A stretch of DNA of 46,197 nt from Candidatus Iainarchaeum sp. (GCA_030649735.1 JAUSFL010000009.1:1-46197), one strand, 5' to 3'. Shown: positions 16,174-25,934, counted from the first letter of the stretch. Made by a program: numbers and translations. Notes: a model not told the origin generated them from the letters alone.

Positions 16174-16563
16174 TTATTGCACTTTAATAATTGCTTTCAT
16201 GTAAGGGTGCGGTGTGCAGTGATAATTGAAGGTTCCGGCCGTATTGAAAGTTTGCGTGAAAGACTGCCCTGTGGAAAGCAGGCCAGAATCAAACTCGCCA
16301 TTGTCTCCAGTTGCAGTATGGCCTACTGAATCCTTGTTTGTCCAAGTCACGCTGTCGCCGACTTTAATTGTCAATTCTGCGGGAGCGAAAGCAAAATTGC
16401 TGATTTCCACAGCAATTGTTTTTGCGCCAGTGCTTGCCGGAGGCAAATTGTTGTTTCCTGCTGGCGGATTGTTTGCCGGAGGGTTTTGCGTTTGCTGGGC
16501 ACAGCCTGCAAGAGCCAAAGCCATTGCAAGCAATATTCCAAAAACCAAAATTTTAGAATTCAT
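16174..16563 (-). CDS. Blue copper (plastocyanin/amicyanin-like) lipoprotein
   Basis: Lipobox LAGC, Pro/Asn linker, type 1 Cu ligands in HTAT and YHCTPHPYM. Confidence 0.92.
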   Translation of the reverse strand: MNSKILVFGILLAMALALAGCAQQTQNPPANNPPAGNNNLPPASTGAKTIAVEISNFAFAPAELTIKVGDSVTWTNKDSVGHTATGDNGEFDSGLLSTGQSFTQTFNTAGTFNYHCTPHPYMKAIIKVQ

Positions 16564-16619
16564 GAATTAAATAAGGTTTTTTAGTTTTTAAATTTAGTAG
16601 TACAAAACCAGATTTTTCA

Positions 16620-17111
16620 TCATTCTTTCAATTTTCCCACTTTCTTGAAAAACTCCCTAATTTCAGGGCTTTGGGTTTTTCCTTTGATTTCTTGGCAGAC
16701 TTTAGAGCTTTCCGCAATGTTCTTTGGAAATCCCGAAAGAATTGAAATCACTGTTTTTTCACCCGGCTTTACGAGCATTACCGCAAATTCTGAACTCTTT
16801 CCTAAAAGCCCTTTAGCATTAGTAATTATTCCAGAATACATTTCTTTTCTTTCAAGAAAAGCCCAAAACTCTTGGATTTGTCCAGTTAATAGTTTATTGC
16901 ATTTTGCCGCAAAAGCCTGTGATGATGGCTTTGTTAAAACAATCTCTTGCTTTTGCCAATCATAGCTTTCAATGTCATTCTCAGTGATTACTGATTCCTT
17001 ATTTGTAGGCCTGCAAGCGTCTCCTCCATCCTCGGTCATGAACGGTCCGCCGGGAATTGTCATTATTATTTCAAACTTTGGCTCTTTCTTTTCTAAAATT
17101 TTCAATCCCAT
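16620..17111 (-). CDS. Hypothetical protein
   Basis: 163-aa ORF filling the gap downstream of ileS, same strand. Confidence 0.6.
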   Translation of the reverse strand: MGLKILEKKEPKFEIIMTIPGGPFMTEDGGDACRPTNKESVITENDIESYDWQKQEIVLTKPSSQAFAAKCNKLLTGQIQEFWAFLERKEMYSGIITNAKGLLGKSSEFAVMLVKPGEKTVISILSGFPKNIAESSKVCQEIKGKTQSPEIREFFKKVGKLKE

Positions 17112-17147
17112 AAAAAATCTTTAGAATTAGGCTTTTCTGGTTTAAAA

Positions 17148-20048
17148 TTATTTGCCTGCCTTCAATTCTATTGCAAACTCTCTCTCAACCAGCTTTTCCT
17201 TTTGGGCTTTTGGAGTTCCCGGAACTATTTTAGTGCTTGTCTCTTTTTCGATTTTTTCCTTGAATTTTTGCAGGAATTTTGCGTCGCTGCATTCAATCAG
17301 CAATTCTGCCTTTTGCCCGGGCAAGAGCTTTGCCTGCTTTCTTGCTTCCTGGATTCTGCGCAAAAGCTCGGCAATTTCCCACTCTTCCTTCAATTCAGAA
17401 TCTGCCCGCGTGTTAAGAAAGACTGTTGTTGTTGGCAGTTCTTTCCTTGCCCAGAAATCTTCTGTCGGAACAATTTTTTGCTCAGTGACTCTCTTCACTT
17501 TCGCCATTCTTGCAAGTAATTCCTTGGTTTTCCCAAAATCCTTGCCGGACTTTGTCTGCAAAATTGCCTCTTTCAAAACCCACCTTAATTTCAGCTTGTT
17601 TTCTTCCCTTAACGCAAGCAAGACTTCAACAGCTTCCTTTGCCTTTTTCATTTCATTCTCCAATTCAGCATCAATCAATTGCTCATTTGCCGGAGTTATT
17701 GAATGCAGGTGAATGCTTTCAACATTGCTTTTTCCCCTGATTTTGTGGTAGTGGAATTCTGCCAAGTGCGGAGTTATTGGAGCCATTAGCTTAAGCACTT
17801 CAAAAATGCAGTAATTTAAAGTTTTTTCCAATTCATCATGGGTTTCGCTTCCAACCCTGTCCCTGACAAGCTTAATGTAAGTCTTTGACAATTCTTCAGT
17901 AATGAAGTAATCCAATGCCTGGGTTGCTTTCCCAAAATTGAAACTCTCAAACTGCAGCAAGACTTCCTTCTTCAAAGAATTAGTTTTGGAAACAATCCAC
18001 TTGTCTTCTGCAGGAAGTTTTTTTGCGTCTTTCTCTTCAATTTCAGCAATGCCTGGCTTCAAGTACATTCCGGCATAATTGATTGCGTTCTGCAAAGTGC
18101 TGAAAGTCTTCGCGATTTCCTTGAAAACACCCCAGTCAAAAGCGAAGTCTTCCCCATTCATCAACTGCATGAAATAATACCTCATCATGTCGCGGTTTTG
18201 CTTTTCAATTATTTCCGCCGGAGTCACTACATTGCCCCGGCTTTTGCTCATTTTTTTCTTTTCCAAATCCATTACAAAACCGTGCATTCCAATTGCCTTG
18301 AATGGCTTCTTGTCAAAGGCCATCATGCCGCACATTAATTCAGAATTCCACCAGCCCCTGATTTGGTCGCGGCCTTCAATGTTCAAGTCGCTTGGCCAGT
18401 ACTTTTCAAACAAGCCTTTTGTTTGCGGATATTTCAAGGCAGCCCAGCTTGAAACCCCGGAGTCAAACCACCCGTCCAAAATTTCAGGCACGCGCTTCAT
18501 TTCCTTGCCGCATTTTTCGCACTTTAATTTTACAGAATCAATCCACGGCTTGTGAAAGTCCAAAGCCTTGAAATCGTGCTTTCCTAACGCGTGCTTTTTC
18601 AATTCTTCAGAGCTTCCAATCACTTTCACGCTTTTGCATGCAGCGCATTCCCAGATTGGCGCCGGAGTTCCCCAATACCTGTCGCGGGTCACTGGCCAGT
18701 CCGCAATTCCTTCCTCAATCCAGTTCTTGAATCTTTCTTTCACCCATTTTGGAACCCAGTTTACTTCCTCATTCAATTGCATTGCGCGCTCGCGCAATTG
18801 CCCAGTCTTCAAAAACCATTGCGGTATTGAAATCATCAATAATGGAGTGTCGCAGCGCCAGCAAATCGGGTACTCGTGAGAGTAAGAGTGCTGGAAAACC
18901 AGCGCATTATCGCTCTTTAAGTCTTCAATGATTTCAGCATCCACTACTTTCGCTTTTTTTCCAGAATACTTGCCTGCCTCTTCAGTCAAAAGCCCGTTGA
19001 TTTTCACAGGGCTTATTGCAGGCAGGCCTGCCTTTTTTCCAGCGTCAAAGTCTTCCTTTCCATGGCCTGGCGCGCAATGAACCAGTCCTGTTCCATCTTC
19101 CAAATTCACATACCTTGCTGAAAGAATCACTTTATGCCTGTTGCTTGCGTTTTCAACTTTGCTCCAGTCAATCTTCAAGTTTTTTTCCAAAGGATTCTTG
19201 TACTTCAATCCTTCAAGCTCTTTTCCCTTGAAAGTCTTCAGCACAGTGTAGCCTGTTTCAATGGCGTCAAAGATTTTTTGGCACAATTCTTTTGCCAAAA
19301 TCCATTTTTCCCCATTGCTCAATTGCGCTTCAACATACTCAAAGTCTGGATGCATCATTACTCCAGTGTTTCCGGGCAAAGTCCAAGGCGTTGTAGTCCA
19401 AATTATCAAAAAAGTGTCTTTTGCGTCAGCTAGCTGGAATTTCACGAAAACGCCAGTGTCTGTCAATTTTTCATGCTCGACTTCATTGAAGGACAATGGG
19501 GTTTCGCAATGCGGGCAGACTTGAACTGGATAAATTCCCTTGTACAAAAGCCCCTTGTCTGCGGCTTTCTTGAAGCTCCACCAAACGCTTTCCATGTACT
19601 CGTTGTCCAATGTCTTGTAAGCGTTCTCAAAATCCATCCAAACCCCCAAGTTTTCAAACTCTTGGGCCATTTCCTTGATGTGCTTTGTGCTGAATTCTTC
19701 ACAGGCCTTTACAAACTTTTCCGCGGTGATTTTGCCCCCAATGTCTGCCTTTCCGGAAAGCCCCAGTTCTTTCTCAACCTTTAATTCTATTGGAAGCCCG
19801 TGGCAGTCCCAGCCAGCAATGTCAAAAACTTCAAAGCCCTGCATTCTTTTAACGCGCATTGCAGTGTCTTTCAGGCTTTTGTTAAGCCCGGTCCCCAAGT
19901 GAATGCGGCCTGAAGGAAAAGGCGGCCCATCCATTAAATAGAAAGTCTTTCCATTCTTTGCCTTCTTTTTTGCCTTTTCGAAAATCTTTTCTTTCTTCCA
20001 GAATTCCTGAATTTGCTTTTCAGTTTCCCTGCCGTATTCTTTCCACAT
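17148..20048 (-). CDS. ileS: Isoleucine--tRNA ligase
   Basis: DGPPF..HLGT, GWDCHGLPIE, WTTTPWTLP editing motif, GTGLVH, EGRDQIRGW, KMSKS. Confidence 0.96.
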   Translation of the reverse strand: MWKEYGRETEKQIQEFWKKEKIFEKAKKKAKNGKTFYLMDGPPFPSGRIHLGTGLNKSLKDTAMRVKRMQGFEVFDIAGWDCHGLPIELKVEKELGLSGKADIGGKITAEKFVKACEEFSTKHIKEMAQEFENLGVWMDFENAYKTLDNEYMESVWWSFKKAADKGLLYKGIYPVQVCPHCETPLSFNEVEHEKLTDTGVFVKFQLADAKDTFLIIWTTTPWTLPGNTGVMMHPDFEYVEAQLSNGEKWILAKELCQKIFDAIETGYTVLKTFKGKELEGLKYKNPLEKNLKIDWSKVENASNRHKVILSARYVNLEDGTGLVHCAPGHGKEDFDAGKKAGLPAISPVKINGLLTEEAGKYSGKKAKVVDAEIIEDLKSDNALVFQHSYSHEYPICWRCDTPLLMISIPQWFLKTGQLRERAMQLNEEVNWVPKWVKERFKNWIEEGIADWPVTRDRYWGTPAPIWECAACKSVKVIGSSEELKKHALGKHDFKALDFHKPWIDSVKLKCEKCGKEMKRVPEILDGWFDSGVSSWAALKYPQTKGLFEKYWPSDLNIEGRDQIRGWWNSELMCGMMAFDKKPFKAIGMHGFVMDLEKKKMSKSRGNVVTPAEIIEKQNRDMMRYYFMQLMNGEDFAFDWGVFKEIAKTFSTLQNAINYAGMYLKPGIAEIEEKDAKKLPAEDKWIVSKTNSLKKEVLLQFESFNFGKATQALDYFITEELSKTYIKLVRDRVGSETHDELEKTLNYCIFEVLKLMAPITPHLAEFHYHKIRGKSNVESIHLHSITPANEQLIDAELENEMKKAKEAVEVLLALREENKLKLRWVLKEAILQTKSGKDFGKTKELLARMAKVKRVTEQKIVPTEDFWARKELPTTTVFLNTRADSELKEEWEIAELLRRIQEARKQAKLLPGQKAELLIECSDAKFLQKFKEKIEKETSTKIVPGTPKAQKEKLVEREFAIELKAGK

Positions 20049-20054
20049 TAAAAA

Positions 20055-20474
20055 TCACTTTTGCTTTCTCTTCCAATTCCTTTCCATAAAAAACTGCTGC
20101 AATGCCTTTTCAAGGCCTTTCTTTCTTAAAATCTCATCGTAGCCTAAGAGTTCAAGATATCCGGTTAATATCCTGGAGTTCATTCTTGCTTGCATTTCGC
20201 TTCTTTCAAGCTTTTCCCCGCGCCTTGTCTTTTCCTCTATTTTCCTGATTTTTTCGGCAAAGCTTTTTGCTGTCTCTTGCTCGCCAGTAATCTGGCCAGT
20301 GAAAACCTGCTCTATTCCCCTAAAAGCATTAAGCCGGTAATTTACCGCCTGCTCTTTAGCCTGGCTTTTCTTCCTCAGCTCATTCAATTTTTCATTGTAT
20401 CCTTTTCTTTTCAAAACCATTCCCAAGCCTTGGACTTTAAGCATTCTTGTCTTGGTTTTTTTCAAGGCGGGCAT
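20055..20474 (-). CDS. Hypothetical highly basic protein
   Basis: 139-aa K/R-rich ORF between tRNA-Ile and ileS. Confidence 0.6.
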   Translation of the reverse strand: MPALKKTKTRMLKVQGLGMVLKRKGYNEKLNELRKKSQAKEQAVNYRLNAFRGIEQVFTGQITGEQETAKSFAEKIRKIEEKTRRGEKLERSEMQARMNSRILTGYLELLGYDEILRKKGLEKALQQFFMERNWKRKQK

Positions 20475-20509
20475 TCAATCAACTCTTTTGCATTTACTCA
20501 ACGTGCTAG

Positions 20510-20584
20510 TGGGAACGGAGGGATTTGAACCCTCGACCACCAGCTTATAAGACTGATGCTCTAACCAGGCTGAGCTACGCTCCC
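20510..20584 (-). tRNA. tRNA-Ile(UAU)
   Basis: GGGAGCG-TA-GCTC-AGCCTGGTTA-GAGC-A-TCAGT-CTTATAA-GCTGG-TGGTC-GAGGG-TTCAAAT-CCCTC-CGTTCCC-A. Full cloverleaf, anticodon TAT at 20549-20547, no intron, CCA not encoded. Confidence 0.93.
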
Positions 20585-20728
20585 ATTTCATGATAGAATT
20601 TTGGAATGTTTTGTTAAAAAGGCAATTAGTCTGAAGGCTGCAAAATTCAAAATCAGAATAGACTGAGTATGGGTAAATCCCTTCTGGACTGCATAATTAA
20701 TATTTGCAAGGTCGGTTTTTTAAAGCTT

Positions 20729-21235
20729 TCAAACAGCGCTTTTGAGCTTTTTTAAAACTTGAGTATAACGCTTCATGAAAAGCCCGAATTTGGCATTGCC
20801 TAATTCTTTGCGGATTTCTTCAAGGATTCTTTTCTGCTGGTTTTGAGAGCTTATCATGTCTTGTTTTCCCGCAATTCTTGACTCTTGCACAAAAGCAATT
20901 CTTTGAATTGCGTTTTGGATTTTTCTTCTGGCCAGCCCTTCTTTTCCATTGCTTGAAAGCCCAATTGAATCAAGCGCAAATTTTGCGGCAGTCTTTGAAA
21001 GAATCTCGCGCCTTTTCAAATTTGCTTCTTCAGCGTTCATTGATGCTGTCCGGTAAGCCCCGAACCTGCTTTCTTGAATTGTTGGGTCTAAAACCCGGAT
21101 TTTCTCATTTTCTTTCCTGTTGAATTTTGCCACAATGCTTTCTGCAGACTGCCTCAAGGCCTTGGCTTTTTGCTTTGACGGCTGGGTCCATCCGCTAACA
21201 ACGCGCTTGACTTTTTGGGGAATTTCCGGCTTCAA
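20729..21235 (-). CDS. Hypothetical basic protein
   Basis: Probable TTG start at 21235 overlapping the valS stop (TTGA), with GGAG upstream; helical and K/R-rich. Confidence 0.55.
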   Translation of the reverse strand: MKPEIPQKVKRVVSGWTQPSKQKAKALRQSAESIVAKFNRKENEKIRVLDPTIQESRFGAYRTASMNAEEANLKRREILSKTAAKFALDSIGLSSNGKEGLARRKIQNAIQRIAFVQESRIAGKQDMISSQNQQKRILEEIRKELGNAKFGLFMKRYTQVLKKLKSAV

Positions 21236-23628
21236 AAACCCAGCTCCAGTTCTTTCCCAAACTTGACTTGCCCAAAATTGTGCGCTGTCTGCAAGTCTTG
21301 CGAAATTATTTTTGCCCATTCTGGAAGAACCGCGCTTTTCACTTCAGCATTCAATGCAAGCCCGTGCTCTTTCTTTAACTTCCAGATTGCAGAATTCAAC
21401 TCCATCAGTTGGCTTGTTTCAATTCTTGTTTCAACTTCTGCGGCTTTTGGAAATTCCTCAAAGTGAATGTCTTTTCCGCGCAATGTCTTGAAAATCTTGA
21501 AAGTTATTATTGGATTCACTGGCGCCCAAAGCTTCAGCATTAAATCAAGGCAGTAATTCAAAGTGAATACTGCCTGTTCTTGCTGTCTTTTCAGGAATTT
21601 TCCGTCACTATTGTAAGCGCGGGCTTTCGCAAGCTCCAAGTAATGGCTTGAGAAAGTTTCCCACAGGAAATTGCGCAGCATTACTGTCGGGTTGTGGAAG
21701 TCATAATTGCTGTAATGCTCGTCAGCAATGCGGGCGAGCTCGTTGATTTCTGAAATAATCCACTTGTCAAGCTCGTTCTCCAGTTCCGGAATCTTGAATG
21801 CTTTAGGCTTTCCAAAAGAGCTGATAAAGCGCGATGCGTTCCAAAGCTTGTTCAATGTTTTTCCAATCCCTTGGATTCTTTCATTGCTGCACTTAAAGTC
21901 TGTCTGCTCCAAGTTTCCTTCGCTGGCAGCCCACAATCTGAATGCTTCGGCTCCAAACTGCTGCAATAATTTTTGAGGGTCTATTACATTGCCGACACTT
22001 TTGCTCATTTTGTTTCCTTTCTCGTCAACAATGTGGTAGTGAATCCAAGCGTCCTTGAAAATCAATTCGTCAGTCAGCAAAAAGCACTTCAGCACAGTGT
22101 AGTAAAGCCAAGTTCTTACAATTTCTTTTCCCTGCGGCCTTAAACTGCAGGGCTTTGCGCGTTTGAAGAATTCTTCATCGCGTGAGTACTTCAGGATGTA
22201 AAGCGGGGAAATGCTGCTGTCAAACCAAGTGTCAAAAACCCGTTCTTCCCCTCGCCAGTCATTTGCCCCGCATTTTGGGCACTTGTCAACTGGGGGCTTT
22301 TCTTTCCAAGGCTGGTAGTATTTTCCTTTAGGCGGCAAGAATGCAAAGCCGCATTTTTTGCAGTACCATAAAGGCACTTCAGTCGCGTAATACCTTCGCC
22401 TGCTTAAAGGCCAGTCTATTGAAACGCTGTCAATCCAGTCAAGCATTATCTGCCTTGATTCTGGGGCGAAAAAATTCAATTTTTGCGCGAGCTCTTTCAT
22501 TTTTTCCTTCACGTGCAATTGCTTGAGGTAGAATTCTTTCATTGCGACAAACTCTATCTCATGCTTTGAGCGCTCGCAAATTGGGGTGTTATGGATTATT
22601 TTTTTCTGCCCTGCCAAAAGCTTTTTTTCGCGCAATGCCTCGATCATTTTTTCGCGCGCGTCTTTTGGCTTCAGGCCTTTCAAGAATCCGGCGTGCTCGT
22701 TCATCAAGCCGTCAGGGCTTATTGCGATCACCGGCTTCAGGTTTTGTTCCCTGAAAAACCTTATGTCGCTCAAGTCTCCAAAACTGCACATCATTGCAAT
22801 GCCTGTTCCCTTGTCAATTTGCGCCATTGGATGCGCCTTGATTGGAACTTCTTTTCCAAAAACTGGAGTGATTGCTGTCTTTCCTTCCAAATGCTTGTAC
22901 CTGTCGTCTTCTGGATTGAAAATTACCATTCCGCAAGTGCAAACAAGCTCTGGGCGAGTTGTTCCAATGATTAATTCTTCCCCGCTTTCCTTGCATTTGA
23001 AGATAATGTCATTGAATGCTGACTCTTTGTCAATGTATTCTATTTCAGCGTCAGCGACTGTAGTCTTGCAGCCAGGGCAGTAATTGTTCACGCGGTCGTC
23101 TTCAAAAACAAGCCCTTTCTTGTACAGGTCAATGAATGTTTCCTGCGTCAAAGAACGATAGTCTGCAGAGTCTGTCTCGTAAATTTCCCCAATTCCAGTG
23201 CCTTTCTTCCAAGAATTGAATCCAATCCCGCTTTTGTAAAAAGAATCCATGCTTTCAAGCCCTGCTGACTCAAGCATTTCGCGGCATTTCTTGATGAATT
23301 CTTCGCGCGGCGTCTTTCCAACTTTGATGTTGAATTTTTTTTCAGCGCTCATTTCAATAGGAAGGCCGTTATTGTCCAATCCCAAAGGGAACAAGACTTC
23401 AAAGCCCTTCATGCGCTTGTAGCGCGCTATCATGTCCATTATCGCGTAAGTTGAGGCATGCCCGATGTGCACTGGAGTGTTCACGTAAGGCGGCGGAGTG
23501 TCAATTGAAAAAACGGCTTTTTTGCTTGCCGGATTGAACTTGTAGAGCTCTTTGTCCTTCCAGCCTTTAATAATTGGCTCTTCGAATTCCTTGCTCCATT
23601 GCTTTTCAACAATTTTTGGCTCGGGCAT
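21232..23628 (-). CDS. valS: Valine--tRNA ligase (archaeal type)
   Basis: FSIDTPPP..HIGH, TTRPE, GTGIAMMCSFGD, DTWFDSS, LRPQGKEI, KMSKS; start is ATG 23628 or GTG 23640. Confidence 0.95.
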   Translation of the reverse strand: MPEPKIVEKQWSKEFEEPIIKGWKDKELYKFNPASKKAVFSIDTPPPYVNTPVHIGHASTYAIMDMIARYKRMKGFEVLFPLGLDNNGLPIEMSAEKKFNIKVGKTPREEFIKKCREMLESAGLESMDSFYKSGIGFNSWKKGTGIGEIYETDSADYRSLTQETFIDLYKKGLVFEDDRVNNYCPGCKTTVADAEIEYIDKESAFNDIIFKCKESGEELIIGTTRPELVCTCGMVIFNPEDDRYKHLEGKTAITPVFGKEVPIKAHPMAQIDKGTGIAMMCSFGDLSDIRFFREQNLKPVIAISPDGLMNEHAGFLKGLKPKDAREKMIEALREKKLLAGQKKIIHNTPICERSKHEIEFVAMKEFYLKQLHVKEKMKELAQKLNFFAPESRQIMLDWIDSVSIDWPLSRRRYYATEVPLWYCKKCGFAFLPPKGKYYQPWKEKPPVDKCPKCGANDWRGEERVFDTWFDSSISPLYILKYSRDEEFFKRAKPCSLRPQGKEIVRTWLYYTVLKCFLLTDELIFKDAWIHYHIVDEKGNKMSKSVGNVIDPQKLLQQFGAEAFRLWAASEGNLEQTDFKCSNERIQGIGKTLNKLWNASRFISSFGKPKAFKIPELENELDKWIISEINELARIADEHYSNYDFHNPTVMLRNFLWETFSSHYLELAKARAYNSDGKFLKRQQEQAVFTLNYCLDLMLKLWAPVNPIITFKIFKTLRGKDIHFEEFPKAAEVETRIETSQLMELNSAIWKLKKEHGLALNAEVKSAVLPEWAKIISQDLQTAHNFGQVKFGKELELGF

Positions 23629-23753
23629 TTTAAGGAGCACTCTCCGTGCTTTTGTAAAAGATTAGTTCTTGGAATTCCTGCCGTAAACTATATTTGACAT
23701 CTTTAACGCAAAATAATGGCTTGAAAGAGATTAAAAATGGTTTCTTTGATTTT

Positions 23754-24209
23754 TTAAGGCAGCCAGCAGCTTTTTTCTTTCACTGTTTTAAGGACAAGGT
23801 GCGTTGTTGTCTTGCTGATTTCATCCATTCCCAAAACAGTCCTTATGAATTCATTAAGTTCTTCATTGCTCTTGAATTTTGCAATAATCAAGGAATCAAC
23901 CTGGCCAGTAACATCATAAACTGCGCTCACGTTCTTGTGCTTGCTTAATTTTTCCTCAAGCGACATTGTCTCCCCGCGCGTTCCTTCAATCTCAATGATT
24001 GCGCTAAGGCCATAGCCGAGCTTTTCATAATCAATTTCAATGCTGTAGCGCTTGATTATTCCTTTTTCCTTTAAGACTTCAACCCTGTTGATTACAGTGG
24101 TTATTGCAACCCCGAGCTTTTTTGCCAAAGTCCTGAAAGACTGCCTGCTGTTTTCCGCAAGCTGGTCCAAAATCAGCTTGTCCAATGCGTCAATTTCTTC
24201 AGTACTCAT
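23754..24209 (-). CDS. Lrp/AsnC family transcriptional regulator
   Basis: IDALDKLILDQLAENSRQSFRTLAKKLGV HTH; YDVTGQVD RAM domain. Confidence 0.92.
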   Translation of the reverse strand: MSTEEIDALDKLILDQLAENSRQSFRTLAKKLGVAITTVINRVEVLKEKGIIKRYSIEIDYEKLGYGLSAIIEIEGTRGETMSLEEKLSKHKNVSAVYDVTGQVDSLIIAKFKSNEELNEFIRTVLGMDEISKTTTHLVLKTVKEKSCWLP

Positions 24210-24467
24210 AACAACACCGTTTATAAAAAGCGTTAAAAACGTTTGTATTGTATTTGCTTAATTTAAGCTACATTTGTCAACAATCCAGTAAATAATAGTT
24301 AAATATAACATTTGCAGTTATTTATAAAGTTAGTAGAAAAGTGGTCGATGTTGGGAAATTGGGATAGGCTCACCTGCTAAGGCATTAGCCCTTTTCTACT
24401 CTAATTCTTAAAAAATTTTTCTTTGGAAAATTCGTTGATTGAAACATTAAGTCTCAATTGATTCTGC

Positions 24468-25337
24468 TCAATCAATTACTTTGTTCAATGGGTATTCAAC
24501 AATCGCGCAAGCGCCCGCTTTCTTCAATTTTGGAATCAAAGTCCTCACTGCCTTTTCCTCTGCAATGGTGTTGATGTCATACCACCCGTTTTCTGAAAGC
24601 TTTGAAATAGTCGGGCTTTTCATTGAAGGCAATACTGCAAGAACTCCCTTGAGGTTTTTCTCGTCAACATTCATCATCAATCCAACCCTGCTTTCGGCGG
24701 CAAGCGCGCTTTGCAAAAGCAGCATTATGTTTTCCATTTTTTCCTGCTTCCAAGGATTCTCAAAGGCTTCCTTGTTTGTAATAATGCGGGTTGTTGACTC
24801 GAACAATGTTTCAACAATGCGGAGGTTGTTTGCCTTTAATGAGCTTCCAGTCTCCGTAACTTCAACAATCGCGTCGCAAAGCTCCGGCGGCTTTACTTCA
24901 GTCGCGCCCCAGGAAAATTCGACATTTGCCTCGACCTTGTTTTTTTTCAAGTATTCCTTGGTAACTTCAACAAGCTCTGTGGCTATTGTCTTTCCTTCAA
25001 GGTCATTGACGTTTTGTATTGGCGAATTATTGGGGACTGCAAGAACCCATTTGACTTTGCTGAACCCGCTTCTTGCATAAATCAATTCCCCAAGTTCGAC
25101 AACGTTTGCCTTTGTCTCTAAAATCCAGTCTTTTCCAGTAAGCCCGAAATCAATAACTTTTTCCTCAATGTATCTTGGGATTTCTTGGGCCCTGATAAGT
25201 ACCATTTCAATTTCCGGATCGTCAACTGTTGGAAAATAACTGCTTCCATTAATGTTAATGTTGTATCCTGCGCGCTTGAACAATTTCACGCTCATTTCCT
25301 GCAGGCTTCCCTTGGGCAATGCGACTTTCAGTTTCAT
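24468..25337 (-). CDS. hisG: ATP phosphoribosyltransferase (long form)
   Basis: ALPKG, RAQEIP, DFGLTGKD, GATEV, ETGSSLKANNL, C-terminal SPTIS regulatory domain. Confidence 0.95.
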   Translation of the reverse strand: MKLKVALPKGSLQEMSVKLFKRAGYNININGSSYFPTVDDPEIEMVLIRAQEIPRYIEEKVIDFGLTGKDWILETKANVVELGELIYARSGFSKVKWVLAVPNNSPIQNVNDLEGKTIATELVEVTKEYLKKNKVEANVEFSWGATEVKPPELCDAIVEVTETGSSLKANNLRIVETLFESTTRIITNKEAFENPWKQEKMENIMLLLQSALAAESRVGLMMNVDEKNLKGVLAVLPSMKSPTISKLSENGWYDINTIAEEKAVRTLIPKLKKAGACAIVEYPLNKVID

Positions 25338-25735
25338 TTTTTCAGCTCTTTTTTCTTGTAAGTTTTTTCTGGATTGAAAACCGGCTTTTCTATTTCCTTG
25401 ATGCCTGAATCATTGTTCAATTGCCTGAAAAAGCAGGAGTAATGCCCTGTGTGGCATGCCGGCTTTGAGTCAACCAAAAGCAAGATTGAATCCAAGTCGC
25501 AGTCCACGAGGACTTTTTTGACGTTCTGGAAATTTCCCGACTCTTCGCCTTTAAGCCAGATTTTGTTTCTCGAACGGCTGTAAAAATGGGCTTTTTTTGT
25601 CTGGATTGTTTTATTCAATGCTTCTTCATTCATGAACGCAAGCATCAAGACTTTTTTTGTTTCCGCATCCTGCACTATTGTGGGAATTAGCCCGCCGCTT
25701 TTTGCGAAGTCCAGCTTAGAACTGCAGTTATCCAT
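25334..25735 (-). CDS. hisI: Phosphoribosyl-AMP cyclohydrolase
   Basis: GLIPTIVQD, VLMLAFMN, SRSR..WLKGEESG, DCDLD, ACHTG..SCF; no HisE domain. Confidence 0.95.
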   Translation of the reverse strand: MDNCSSKLDFAKSGGLIPTIVQDAETKKVLMLAFMNEEALNKTIQTKKAHFYSRSRNKIWLKGEESGNFQNVKKVLVDCDLDSILLLVDSKPACHTGHYSCFFRQLNNDSGIKEIEKPVFNPEKTYKKKELKK

Positions 25736-25880
25736 TAAAAATCAATTCTTTTCAGTGATTGGTCAAAAAAATTTCTAAAGAAACAAGTTTTCCGTGCTTT
25801 CTTATCAAAAATCCTTAGGGTAAAGCTTTTAAAATAAAGCGGGTTTAATTGGGTTTTTGGCTGAATTAAAATAATTTAAA

Positions 25881-25923
25881 GAGCGGGAAAAAGCCAAATT
25901 ATGGCTTTTTTTGAACGCCGCTC
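25881..25923 (-). terminator. 3' hairpin/terminator after ssb
   Basis: AAAAAGCCA-aatta-TGGCTTTTT enclosed by GAGCGG/CCGCTC, just downstream of the ssb stop. Confidence 0.5.
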
Positions 25924-25934
25924 CTTGAAAAAAT

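Noticed and set aside
20653-20694. Minus-strand mini-ORF MQSRRDLPILSLF upstream of the tRNA, or a C/D box sRNA
   Set aside because: Too short to support, and there is no recognisable box C.
21236-21319. 88-nt overlap of ORF 20729..21319 with valS
   Set aside because: A TTG start coupled to the valS stop removes the overlap.
24330-24404. Fluoride or ZTP riboswitch
   Set aside because: GCTAATG is present on the minus strand, but the 5' GGxGATGG element and pseudoknot are absent; ZTP motifs are absent too.
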